NCBI GenBank assembly: GCA_030390025.1
Contig: CM059438.1
Span: 70,434,001 to 70,498,000 of the forward strand
DNA: 64,000 bases
DNA from: Squalus acanthias
Taxonomy: Eukaryota
Reading direction: 5' to 3'
Below are positions 1 through 11,363 of the stretch, piece after piece. A program made the position numbers and the translations under genes. The stretch's first letter is position 1, and each line of letters opens with the position of its first letter. A model generated the notes under the pieces. That model did not search any database. It saw only the letters and a program-made list of their open reading frames with translations, and was not told where the DNA came from.

Positions 1-1472
1 AACATATTGAATCGCCAAGAAAGGATCAAAAGCAATCAGAATTTATTGTTTTGTAGCAGTGGTGGCTGGAAACTTTTAATGCTTTCCAAAATATTGAGGA
101 AGTCTGCCCTTCTCTCCACTGACACTCTTGCACTCTCTCAGGTATCCCAGTGCCTCAGTAGATTGCAGTAGCTGGTTGCTCGCAGCAAACGACAAGGGGA
201 TAACATTTTGTGGTAAAATTATTGACAAGAGAAATAAGGGTCATAACTTCATGTGACTTGAGGTCATATAACAGTAGAGACATTGTACTGGGTTATAAAG
301 TTACCAAATGCATTTTAGACCACACAAGTGATTCTGAATCCAGATAATCTCTAACTTTACAGGATGCAGTGATGGAAAGGTCTGCTATTAGTCAAAAATC
401 CAAGACTTGTGAGGCTTTGTGGTTGAGGCACAGATATTTTGTTAAAAGTCATTGGTTTAATAAAAGGATTCATAAGCACAAAAAAAACCCATAAAATTAT
501 TTTAAAACTGCAACCACAAGTGAAGATAAGTAAGAAAAAATATGAAGGAGAAGTTAGTGTGATGATCAGCAGTTGGGATAAAGTGTCAGGAGGCAAGTTC
601 CCCCTATCCTGAGTTATTGATCTCAACAATCCATTTCGGACTAGCATCAGGAGAGGCCTGCAAACAGCTTGGCTGCTTTTCTTGTTTCAGTTGTCATATA
701 GAGAGGCAAAAAAAATCCCTTGAAAAGACAAAGGCTTCCCTTCAAAAATTAAATGGCATAAAGGAAAGAGTAAACTTGAAAATGAAGGAAGCCTAAAATT
801 AAATTCCAGGGTCGGGGAGTTGGGTGGGGAAGCGTTGGGCAGCTCGCCAGAATTGCAAGAGGGAGATGTATGCTTGCGATATATTCTGGAATTTTACTTG
901 ATTACCTTTGGAGGTCAGGGACTATTTATGCAGAACGTTAAGTTTTAAATATGTGGGGTCGAGTCCATCATAGAGGAGATTATTCCTGGATAGATTATAG
1001 CTGGAATGAGCTTGTTGAGCTGTGCGGCTTGTTCCCGTTCCATATTCCTGATGTTTATTGGTACTGCTTCCATGCTTTTTGTCACGTTATGACTCATCTG
1101 TATTCAAGATACATTCTTGAATCGCACAGGAGTGGGATTGCATTTTTGCTGCTTGTCTTCTCTGTCTCTCAGGTTTACCACGGTGCTGTTTCTTTATTCT
1201 TTTCTGAATCTGATTTTCTCCTTTAGTTTTTGTATTTCTTTTCTCTCTCCTGACGATCTTTTCACTTCATGAGGTCTTTTTTTTGTTTTTATTTTGCACA
1301 CCCCAATCCCTTCCATTAATAACTTTTTTCCCCTCTCAGTCATCCTTCTGTGTCTTGGGCTCCATCACCCATGGACAAGCAGTGAATGTGGACCACGAGA
1401 AGATAATTGCTGAAATTCTCAGCGAATATCATTGAATCATGCATCACGCTCTGAGAATCTAGAAGGGAATAT

Positions 1473-1661
1473 GGGGATAGATCTTCAACTTGCCGCCCGG
1501 GCATAAAGCTGGCGTTGCAGATCGGCCGCCCGTTATACAAAGCGCTCAATTTTCATTTTTCCATTAATTTCAATGGAAGTGACAATCGGGTGGCTTCTAT
1601 TAAGGGCGTCCGACCACAATGCCTGTTTTTTAGTCTGACTGGCAAGTTGAAAATTTACCCC
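1473..1661. mobile_element. MITE with imperfect ~21-bp terminal inverted repeats
   Basis: Left end GGGGATAGATCTTCAACTTGCC; right end GGCAAGTTGAAAATTTACCCC (revcomp GGGGTAAATTTTCAACTTGCC). Non-coding. No clear TSD. Confidence 0.6.
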
Positions 1662-2170
1662 ATGGCCATTTGAAGAGTCGCCTTGCCCACTGGAAATTGA
1701 CTGACCCCCCAGGTCTGCCGATATTAAATTTTGCACCAGGAAACCCAATCGAGATGGGAAAAATGTCATTTAATTTGCATTGTGCTGTAGAATTCTGTTT
1801 GTCACAGCCCCAAACTGTATTCTAGTTGTAAAATTGTATCCTAGCACCATTTCACACCGCCCGTCAATGCACAAAATGTCACAGGAATGATCAGGACTGA
1901 AAGAAACCATTGCACTCCAACTGGCCAGTCCCAAAATACAAAATCTCTCACACCCCTAAATCACTTTCTCTCTCAATAATCTATCCAGTTCTCTCTTGAA
2001 TTGGCAGACAGTATCCACCCCCAATGTTTCACTGGCCATTGAGACTGTGCTTTTGTGTTGTAGCATGGGAATGTTTCTTCTATTTACTTTCGAACAGCGT
2101 AAAGTTAGAGGTGATCTGGTAGAGGTCTGTAAAATATTAAAGGGATGAATAGCATGCCTATTGATAGATT

Positions 2171-4065
2171 AACATAAGAACATAAGAAATAGGAGCAGGA
2201 GTAGGCCAATCGGCCCCTCGAGCCTGCTCCGCCATTCAATAAGATCATGGCTGATCTGATCCTAACCGCCAATCTACTATCTATCACAGAACCATCTCCT
2301 GCATCTAACAGAATTGCACACACGAAATAGGAGCAGAATCAGGCTACACAGTCCCTGGGCCCGCTCCACTACCCACAGGGCCATGACCGATCCGAACCTA
2401 GACTCATGTCCAAATTCCTGCCCGCTCCCCGTAACCCTTAATGCCCTTTACTTCTAGGAAACTGTCTATTTCTGTTTTAAATTTAATTAATGTTGTAGCT
2501 TCTACAGCTTTTTGTGGCAGCATATTCCATGGACCTACCACCCTCTGAGTGAAGTAGTTCCTCCTCATCTCAGTTTTGAAAGAGCAGCCCCTTATTCTAA
2601 GACTATGTCCCCTAGTTCTCGTCTCACCCGTCATCGGGAACATCCTCCCCGCATCCACCCGATCCAACCCCTTCACAATCTTATATGTTTCAATAAGATC
2701 GCCTCTCATTCTTCTGAACTCCAATGAGTAGAGTCCCAATCTACCCAACCTCTCCTCATATGACCACCCCCTCATCCCCGGGATTAACCGAGTGAACCTT
2801 TTTTGCACTGCCTCGAGAGCAAGGATGTCTTTCCTTAAGTAAGGACACCAAAACTGTATGCAGTATTCTAGGTGCGGTCTCACCAATACCTTGTACAACT
2901 GAAGCAATACCTCCCTATTTTTATATTCTATCCCCCTAGCAATGAAAGCCAACATTCCATTTGCCTTCTTAATCACTTGCTGCACCTGCATACTTACCTT
3001 TTGAGTTTCGTGCACCAGGACCCCCAGATCCCTTTGCACTTCAGTACTCTCCAGTTTCTTGCCATTAAGATAATAAATTGCTCTAGGATTTTTCCTGCCA
3101 AAGTGCATCACCTCACACTTTCCAGTGTTGTATTCCATCTGCCAAATCTCTGCCCACTTACTTAGCCTGTCTATGTCCCCTTGCAGGTTTTTTATGTCCT
3201 CCTCATTCACTACTTTCCCTCCCATCTTTGTATCATCTGCAAATTTTGATATGTTACACTTGGTCCCTTCCTCCAAATCGTTAATATAGATTGTGAAGAG
3301 TTGGGGACCCAGCACTGACCCCTGTGGAACACCACTAGTTACTGATTGCCAGTCTGAGAATGAACCATTTATCCCAACTCTTTGCTTTCTGTTAGATAGC
3401 CAATCCTCTATCCATGCCAGAATATTACCCCCAATCCCGTGATTTTTTACCTTAAGCAATAATCTTTTGTGTGGCACCTTGTCAAATGCCTTTTGGAAGT
3501 CTAAATACACTACGTCCACTGGTTCCCCTTTATCCACTCTATATGTTACTTCCTCAAAGAACTCCAGCAAATTTGTCAAACATGACTTCCCCTTCGTAAA
3601 ACCATGCTGACTTTGTCCTATTAAATTATGATTATCCAAATGTCCTGTTACTGTATCCTTAATAATGGACTCCAAAATTTTACCTACCACAGATGTTAGG
3701 CTAACCGGTCTATAGTTACCAGCCTTCTGTCTACTGCCCTTTTTAAATAAGGGTGTTACATTAGCAGTTTTTCAGTCTGCCGGGACCTTAGCGGAATCCA
3801 GGGAGTTTTGAAAAATTATTACCAATGCATCTACAATCCCTACCGCCACTTCCTTCAAGACTCTAGGATGTAAGCCATCAGGTCCAGGTGATTTATCCGC
3901 CTTGAGTCCCATTATTTTACCGAGTACCACTTCCTTAGTGATTTTGATCGTGTTTAGCTCCTCTCCCCCTATAGCCCCCTGTTTGTCCAGTGTTGGGATA
4001 TTCTTAGTGTCCTCTACTGTAAAGACTGATACAAAATATTCATTCAGTGTTTTTGCCATCTCCAT
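2171..4065 (-). mobile_element. 5'-truncated CR1 (HER1-like) LINE
   Basis: RT ORFs 3772-4065 and 2404-3690, a 3'UTR, and a terminal (TTCTTATG)-type tail seen as aacataagaacataagaa at 2171-2188. Confidence 0.95.
2404..4065 (-). pseudogene. CR1 ORF2 reverse transcriptase, 5'-truncated, with one in-frame stop
   Basis: Motifs KSPGPDG, YLDFQKAFDKVPH, SGVPQGSVLGP, KFADDTK, LYKVLVRPHLEYC. The two ORFs are in the same frame, separated by TGA at 3772-3774 where Trp is expected (PAD*KTANVTPLFKKG). Confidence 0.93.
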
Positions 4066-4627
4066 TTCAGTTTAATAGATTGGGGATGACCAGGGGATAC
4101 AAGTTTAAACCATGTAAGAGCAGGAACAGACTGGATTTTAGGCAGTTCTTCTTTTCACAGAGAGTAGTGAGCCGCTGGAATACATTGCCGGCTGGTTTGG
4201 TGGGTATTTACTCTCTCTATGCCTTCAAGAAGGAGCTGGACAGTTATTGACTGGGGCAGAGATCGCATCATATAGAAGGTAAGCGTCTTCATATGTAACA
4301 CTTGGTCCATGTGATCTCCTCGACTGGTTTCGATCCCCTGAGGGGTTGGAGAGGAATTTTCCAGAGTATGTTTTCCCCTTATTGGCCCTGGTTTTTTTTC
4401 CTCTTTTTTTTGTCACTCCCAGGAGATGACATGGCTGCGGGGTGGGGGGAAGCGGGAGTGGGGAGGAAGTGTTTAGTCAATGCTGCTCCAGCCATCATGG
4501 TGTGTGTGTGGGGCAGGCTTGATGGACCAGCTGGTCTTTACCTGCCTGTTAATTTTGTATGTCCGTAAACAAGGCAATTTGACCGTGGTCACTGAATGGC
4601 CACAAAAACAGAACTTTACTGTAAGTC

Positions 4628-4808
4628 TCTCTTCTTCGGCTGTCCCTCGGAACCGAGGATGACTTGCTTCCACACTAAAAATGAGATCGCAGGTGACTGA
4701 TGAGTCCAATGCGGGACCTACAGTCTCTGTCACAGGTGTGGCAGACGGTGGTTGAAGGGGCGGGTGGGTGGGGTGCTTGGGTTGACGTGCGCTCCTTCCA
4801 CTGTTCAC
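4628..4808 (-). mobile_element. RTE LINE 3' end fragment
   Basis: Minus strand reads TVCHTCDRDCRSRIGLISHLRSH, the C2H2-like C-terminus typical of RTE ORFs, followed by a short 3'UTR ending in GAAGAAGAG. Confidence 0.8.
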
Positions 4809-6017
4809 TGTAAGTGACCTAAAGGCAGTTGGCAATTTAAAAAACCCACTGGGACTAGTGCTGTGGCAGCTCACTACTTTTTCGGTGCATCACTTCAAGG
4901 TGACTGAAGGGTTTTTGTAGGGCTGATCTGAGGCAGCCTCTACCTTTGAATGATGACGGCACTACCTCATTAATGCTGACCCTCGTTGCCTCCAAATCAT
5001 TAAACTGCAGACATCACAAACTAGTGCCAATGGGGGTGATAGGAAGGGGAGGTATAGAATACAACTCATCATTATTTATACGCTGCATGGTTCTGATAGA
5101 ATCTCAGTGTATCAATCTGAAAACAGTAAATATCAGTCAAAGCCCAGTCTGGACCAGTAAACTAGAATAATAGGTTACAGATTACAGGGCGATCACCGGA
5201 TAAGACACAAAGGTTTAACTTGTGTAAAAAGAAATAAATCAGATTTTTTTTCAAAAGAAACCCTGCAGTAAAAAAGAGATCACAAAACCTCTATTAACTT
5301 TCATAGCATTAAATAACCAGTAATTATTTCAGAACAATGGTTGGAATGATTGGCCAGTCAAGGTAGTGCAGTAGAAGCAGCAACATTTAAGGTCTTTTGG
5401 AATACTACTGGATGTTGGGTTGGGTGAGTTAAAATGCTAATCATTGCAAGATTACCAAACCTCAGTGAGTCACATCTTGCCAGCACTCAGAGGGCGGATT
5501 TGGAGGCGGCTCAGGTGTCAAAATGGCAAAGATTGACAGCGGGTAGGGAACCCGCTGTCAACCCAGCTCCACGCGAGTCTCCCAGGCGTCGGGTCAGTCG
5601 GCGCAAAACAGACCCGACAGCAAGTGGCGGGGGAGGCAATTCAAATCATTAACTGGGTTGTTAGCATCCAATTAACTGCTATTTTAAGGCTACATCTCAA
5701 TTTTACGTGCTCCCGCATGGGTTACCCACTGCTCGGGGAACACGTCAGCTCACCATGTCGTGAGTTGACTCTGCATTGCATTATCTGATTACCTGACAGC
5801 TGCAGAAGTTGTATAAAGGATACCATGTTGCAGCTGTTCACTTTCAGAGCTCAGAAACTGTTGGTTACTGCATTTGGAAGACATATACAGCCTTGTGCAG
5901 CTTGCAAGTGTTTGGAGCCAACACTCTATCCAGTTCCACCTCATTGGAACAACCTCTCTCAACATTCACAGATTTACTTCTGTCATCTCTCTGTCACCTG
6001 CCGTCCATTACATCAGA

Positions 6018-7253
6018 ATGGGTACGGTTTACACTCTCTCACCTTGGTCCTCAGAATCTGACCATGAAGAGCCCCAACACCAGCAGAACCAGGCACCCCA
6101 GCAGCCACAACAACAGCAAGAGCGCCAACCTTCGCCTCAACCACCTGATGCTGCACAGGGCAGAGGGCATCAGCACAGGGCTGGACTTCGCCGGAGGCGC
6201 TACACCCAACACAGGGTTTACAGGCAGAGGATGAGCCTCAACATGACTGAGCAGCAGTGCCAACGGAGGCTTAGGCTATCACGCCAGGACGTGGCGGACA
6301 TTTGCAGATTGTTGGAGCAAGAGCTGCAGCCCAGAGTAGCGGGTGGACAACCCTTACCAGTAGCTGTGAAAGTCACCCTTGTCCTCAACTTCTTCACCTC
6401 AGGCTCCTTCCAGGCATCTGCAGCAGACATTTGCGGCATCTCACAGTCGGCTGCACACAGATGCATTACGCAGCTGCGTAATGCCCTATTTGACAAGTCA
6501 GCAAATTATATAAACTTTGCAATGGATGAAGCCAGTGCTGCTGAGCGTGCGGTTGGCTTTGTGGCTCTGGCTGGATTCCCACGGGTGCAGGGCATAATCG
6601 ACTGCCCACATGTGGCCATCAGGGCACCCCATCATAACCCAGCAGTGTTTATCAACCGCAAGGGCTTCCACTCCCTCAATGTGCAGCTGGTCTGCAACCA
6701 TAGGAAGATCATTCTCCATGTGTGCGCCAAGTTCCCTGGGAGCTGCCATGACTTCTACATCCTGCGCCACTCCACCGTTCCTCAGCTCTTCATACCTCCA
6801 AACAGTCTTTCCGGCTGGCTGCTTGGAGACAAGGGCTATCCATTAAAGACGTGGCTCATGACACCTTTGAGGAGGACAACAAACGAGGAATATTACAATC
6901 AAAGCCTGATCTCCACCAGAAGTGTCATAAAGCAGACGATTGGGTTGCTTAAAATGTGCTTCAGATGCCTGGACAGATCTGGAGGAGCCCTGCAGTACGC
7001 ACCAACCAGGGTCTCCAGAATCGTTGTGGTCTGCTGCGCCCTGCACAACATAGTGCAGCAACAAGGCTTAGCGCTGTATGAGTAAGAACGCGCAGAGCAC
7101 ACAGCCTCTTTGGAGGAGGAGGAGGAGGAGGGTGAGTTTGAGGATGACGATGAGGAAGACCTTGATCAGCTGGCAGTACCAATGCCACCAGTACATGACC
7201 ACATTGCTGCCCGTGAGGCCAGGAATCACCTCATCATGGCCAGATTTACCTGA
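6018..7253 (+). pseudogene. Harbinger (HARBI1-like) DDE transposase, inactivated
   Basis: Motifs [50 protein letters not shown]. Probable ATG at 6018. The third catalytic residue position reads [10 protein letters not shown] (K where E is expected). After TAA at 7083-7085 the frame continues with an acidic tract and AAREARNHLIMARFT* (stop ends 7253). Confidence 0.9.
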
Positions 7254-7540
7254 GTTCACGCTACACAGACATGTGGCTGTCACATGCGTTGGCACATTGG
7301 CATCAGCCCACATCAACACCATTAACCATCCCTACAATGACCAGTCCTACCTTATCAATCTCACCACCATTGATGGAGATTAAAGTATCCCTCACCATCC
7401 ACTTTGCCACTTCAAAGTGTCAACACAAATTTGCGAAGGAACAATATTTGAACGAATTAAAGATTTATTCCACAAAATAAAATTAACAGAAACTTGTCAT
7501 TAACATTGAAAGAAACACCCAAGTGACTACCCTTGTGACT

Positions 7541-9447
7541 CTATTTGTGTGCCATCTTTCTTTTCCGAGTGCCTCCACGTGGTGCCACTCCTGTGGCTTC
7601 AGCAGAGGTAGAGGCAGCTTGCTCACTTCCCTGCTGCATCTGCTTAGACACCTTTGGCGTTCGTCCTCTGGGTTTTGGAGCCTGTGTGGGCCCCACCAAA
7701 GTGTGCTCCTCCTGCGACTGTGCAGTGGCAGACTCAGCCATCGCTGTCCGTGGAGGCATCTGGGGCTCTGACTGAGGGGTAGGCAAGGGGGTTGAGGTGT
7801 GAGCGCTTGGAGAGGAACCCCACTTCCATGTGCCCTCTCACCATCATCCCTCTCATGGGCGACCCGCACTTCTCTGCTAGTAAGTAGCTGGAGAGCACCT
7901 TGCTGCACATCAGTGGGACCATGAGGACCCATGTTTATACAGTCATTCCTTGTAGCCAGTACCTCTATGAGCCTCTGTTTTCTCTCCTCCATAGATGCCC
8001 ATCTATCCTCCATAGATGCCCATCTATTTTGAAGGGAGACCATGTGCTCATGCGACTGGCACATTATAGCCTCCATGCAGGTGGCCATCCTGTCCATGGA
8101 GGAACCAGCAGTCGCGATTGCATGCACCACGGTGGTGCTCATGCTTGAGATGGACTCCTCCATTCTCTGCACACTCGCAGTCGCCCCAGTTGCAAAACCT
8201 ATCAGCGCCTTCTGCACTTGTTGCTCCAGTTCCAGGACTGCCCTCTTCCTGGATAGCCCCCGAGCCTCAGCGTCTGCATGCAGCTGAGCAGAGCTAGGAG
8301 ACTCCTGCGCCCTCCGATGAGGTGTCTCCACTGCTGACCGTGTCTCCACCATCTGCTCTTGCTCACGTGAGGTGTGAGACACCAGGTGACAACACTACCC
8401 TATCTCGTGACGGACCCACCGAGGTGATTGTATCTGTGCTGGTGCTGGCTTGCCTTGTCTCAGGTGACGTTGCACCCTCAGTGGCTGGAGCCTCCTCTGA
8501 GGTGTGCTCCTCTAGTTCCTCATGGACATTGCGGGGGGCCTTGATGGACCTGTGGGAGAGTAATGACATCAGTTAGATATATAATATGTACATTGCATAC
8601 AGATAACATTATGCACATTATGAGCAATCAATTCCTGTTGACAGCAGCCCCCATATGAGTGACTGATGAATGACATGTAGGTGTATGGGAAATGATTCTG
8701 GCACCAGGTTGTTCAGATGAGCCCCTCTCTCCGTCCCCACTTCCAGCTGGTCTACCGCTCCAGTGATCTCCAGGGCAGCCTCCTCTGCAAGAGTCAGAAT
8801 GGCCAATGATTGAGGGCCACCTCCCGTTCTCTCCCTCTCCCTCTTGTTGTGGGCTCTCTTCTCCTGCAAGGAGAGAAAGAAGAGAAGGTTGAGTGAGACT
8901 GATGGAATGAGTGTAAGGAATGGATGTGTTAGATCTTTATAGGGAGACTATAATGGAGTGGGGTGGCTGTAACAAGTCGCATCCTTTACTGTTGCTAGTT
9001 GGTGTCATTACATTAGGATAAGGGTGAGTGTGAGGGGTGCATAGTGAGATGGGGATGCAATAATGTAGCTAGATAGAGAGGGATGGGTGAAGGTGCAAGG
9101 GATGTTGCATCAAGTTGCAATGTGCAGGAGTAGGGTTGGGAATGCTGAGTGATGGGGAAATGTTAACAGACACAGTAACATGAAGGTAAGTGTGGCTTTA
9201 TACTCACTTTTCCAGATCGTAGAAGATCATGAAAACGCTTGCGGCACTGAACCCAGGTCCTCATCACCACACACCTGCCTGTGACCTCCTCAGCTATTTG
9301 CAGCCAGGCTGCCTTGGTCTCCTGAGGAGGTCTCTTCTGCCCAGTGGCAGGGAAGAGAATCTCCCTGTGTGCTCTGAGTCCCTCCACAAGAACATGGAGG
9401 GAGTCATCGCTGAAGCGAGGAGCAGCCCTCTGCCTTTCTGAGGCCAT
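7541..9447 (-). pseudogene. Harbinger Myb/SANT-like DNA-binding protein gene, 3 exons, frameshifted
   Basis: Exon 1 is 9447-9208 (MASERQRAAPRFSDDSL..AAWLQIAEEV..RTWVQCRKRFHDLLRSGK) with donor GTGAGT. Exon 2 starts at 8863 after a pyrimidine tract and CAG (EKRAHNKRERERTGGGP). Exon 3 starts at 8549 after CTCTCCCACAG and encodes an S/T/E-rich region, a coiled-coil-like region and a basic tail RKRKMAHK across several frames. Confidence 0.85.
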
Positions 9448-10477
9448 TCTGGGAGGAGAACAAGGTATATCTGTAATGCACGCTTTAAATAGAGCAAATG
9501 AAATGAAGTGGGGCCATGAGCCCTTTAAATATACTGGCAAAAGAAGCGTCAGCGCTGACGTCACCTGACCCGCATCTTGTAATAGGGTCAGGGAACGCGA
9601 AGGGCGGCCTTAACAAGGCCCATTAACGGAAAATCTTTTTTCTAGGAGGGATGTAGACGGCAGCGGGCTCGTAGCCCGACAACAATCTCTCCAGTCCCAC
9701 CTTGGTTGGCGAAATCGCGGCCATGGTCTTTTACCGTCCTAGACTTTCTTTTGAAAGCATGTATAAGGAATACAAACGGCAGTTTTCACATTATATAATA
9801 GTAGATACCTGGGGATGAAGGATAAGCAGTAATCTCATTGTGGAATTCAAGTTTTCTCACAAACCGGGAGAACAAATCTTAAAACATTTTACAACTGCCA
9901 CTTGAAACCTGCAATGAGACTACTGTCTAAAAATGGGTTCCCACAGATTTTTTTTAATTGACTATACTAAGGAAGAGAGATTTATTTTGTATCTTTTCTC
10001 TTTTTTTCTCTTGTTTTATAGATGGTGAATGTCATTGCCAGCACACTCTACACAGTTGATCTGCAGTGGCATTCTCATTGAAGGATCAGCATTAACAGCA
10101 TAATCATTGCAAGTTTAACAAGTGATAATTAGAACTGTCAAACGTCTGTTTTTCTTTTCAGTGTGCTGGTCCTAGAATAATCAAGAAATATAAATCGTTT
10201 GCTCGAGGTCTATTTGTGAAATAGAAAATTTTTTCCCCACTTACTTCTGTGTCCTATGATGTGGAGATATTAATCAGTGATATTTTTTTTTAAGCCTTTC
10301 CATGAACAGTAGTGAAGAAAATATGAGAACTTAAGCCATGAGCCCACTGATGTCTGCTGGGACAGGGCAACATTAAAAAAAAATGATGTTTAAAAAGGTC
10401 CCCAGCTGGTGCAAAAGCCCGTTACAGTTTGGTTTGCACAATTTGTACAGCATTTCACTCGAGTTACCCAAAACAGC

Positions 10478-11363
10478 AATTCAGTATCGCCCCATTTGGG
10501 ACGCAATTATCGGCCGGGCGCAAAGATTAGCGCCTGGCGCTAATTATCGCCTCCGACTGCAAACTTGACTTTTATCGCCCCTGGAGGTGATTGGAGCGCT
10601 AAATCAGGCGCTGCACATCTGTCTTAAGGCGTAAAGGCCGAGGAGTGAGGCACTACCTCAGAGCGCAGGCAAAGCTCATGTGATGTCAGTCAGCAATGGA
10701 ACACAGACACAATGGCGCCGGCCAGTTCTTAAAGGGGAGGGTTGATCTTGCTTTCCATCCACATCCTGCTCATTGCAGCCTTGAATCTCGGCCTGGAGAG
10801 ACCTGTACATCAAATCTGCTGGAAAGAACAATGGAGAGGCCCAGGGAAAGAGCTCAGAGTGCAGCCCCCTCAGTCTCTTCTAAATCGATACAAGGAAGGG
10901 CAAATCAAAATGAACCTGCAAAGTGCTGCTCAGTATCCAAAACTCCTTCACACAGCGTTGAATCTCTCTAGAAGTCTCTCTCTTTCTCTCTCAGAATGCG
11001 TGGTTCAAAAATGTCACCAACAAAAAAAGGCAGGAAGCGGTCGCCTTTAAATAGCGCTCCCCCAGTCCCTTCCTGACTGCAAAACGCTCCCCTCAACCTG
11101 TCGTTGCTAGTGGCAGGCGGTAAGGCAGGGGGCGCCACTCAATATCCGCACCGGGGCACTTCTGGGGCGTTGCGCACTCGACTGACGTCACGATCTGCCG
11201 GCGCAGGAGATCGTGGCGGTAGTGTTTAGCGCCGCCGCAAAATGTCTAGTTAATTTTGCGAGCGGCACAAACATCGTCGCGCCTGGGCGCAAGTTGCTTT
11301 GCGCCCCATTAGCGCCCTCTTAAAGCGCTAACGGGAGGCGCAACCAACTGAATTTTTCCCCCC
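10478..11363. mobile_element. Non-autonomous DNA transposon (GGGGGAAAAATT-terminus family, probably Harbinger-derived)
   Basis: Right end AATTTTTCCCCCC. Left part aligns by eye with the element starting GGGGGAAAAATTCGGTATC at 25198. Subterminal regions carry repeated AGCGC/GCGCT motifs. Confidence 0.65.

Larger units (their letters stand above)
2100..4565 (+). mobile_element. 3' end of a CR1 LINE (host), split into ~2100-2170 and ~4064-4565 by a younger CR1 insertion
   Basis: Left piece resembles RGDLVEVCKILKG..PIDR. Right piece continues FQFNRLGMTRGYKFK..RQFFFSQRVVSRWNTLP..FKKELD (CR1 ORF2 C-terminus), then a 3'UTR ending in a stem-loop-like GGCAGG..GGACCAGCTGGTC..CCTGCC. Confidence 0.75.
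5490..9722. mobile_element. PIF/Harbinger DNA transposon with two convergent genes, decayed
   Basis: HARBI1-type transposase on + and Myb/SANT gene on -, GC-rich subterminal regions. Weak terminal match: GGGCGGATTT (5492) vs revcomp GGCCGCGATTT (9722). Ends are approximate. Confidence 0.85.

Noticed and set aside
4047..4085. Apparent head-to-head CR1 junction suggesting 5' inversion (twin priming)
   Set aside because: The + strand piece continues the CR1 fragment at 2100-2170, so this is a nested insertion of a different family.
4697..4725. CTGATGAGTCC..GGAC resembling a hammerhead core
   Set aside because: No GAAA after stem II. It is the antisense of RTE coding sequence (RSRIGLISH).
5874..6017. 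N-terminal extension of the transposase ORF given in the track
   Set aside because: Starts at TTG and has no transposase character. ATG 6018 is more plausible in a eukaryote.
5874..7085. Host HARBI1 gene
   Set aside because: Catalytic substitution, premature stop and an adjacent frameshifted Myb partner indicate a transposon copy.
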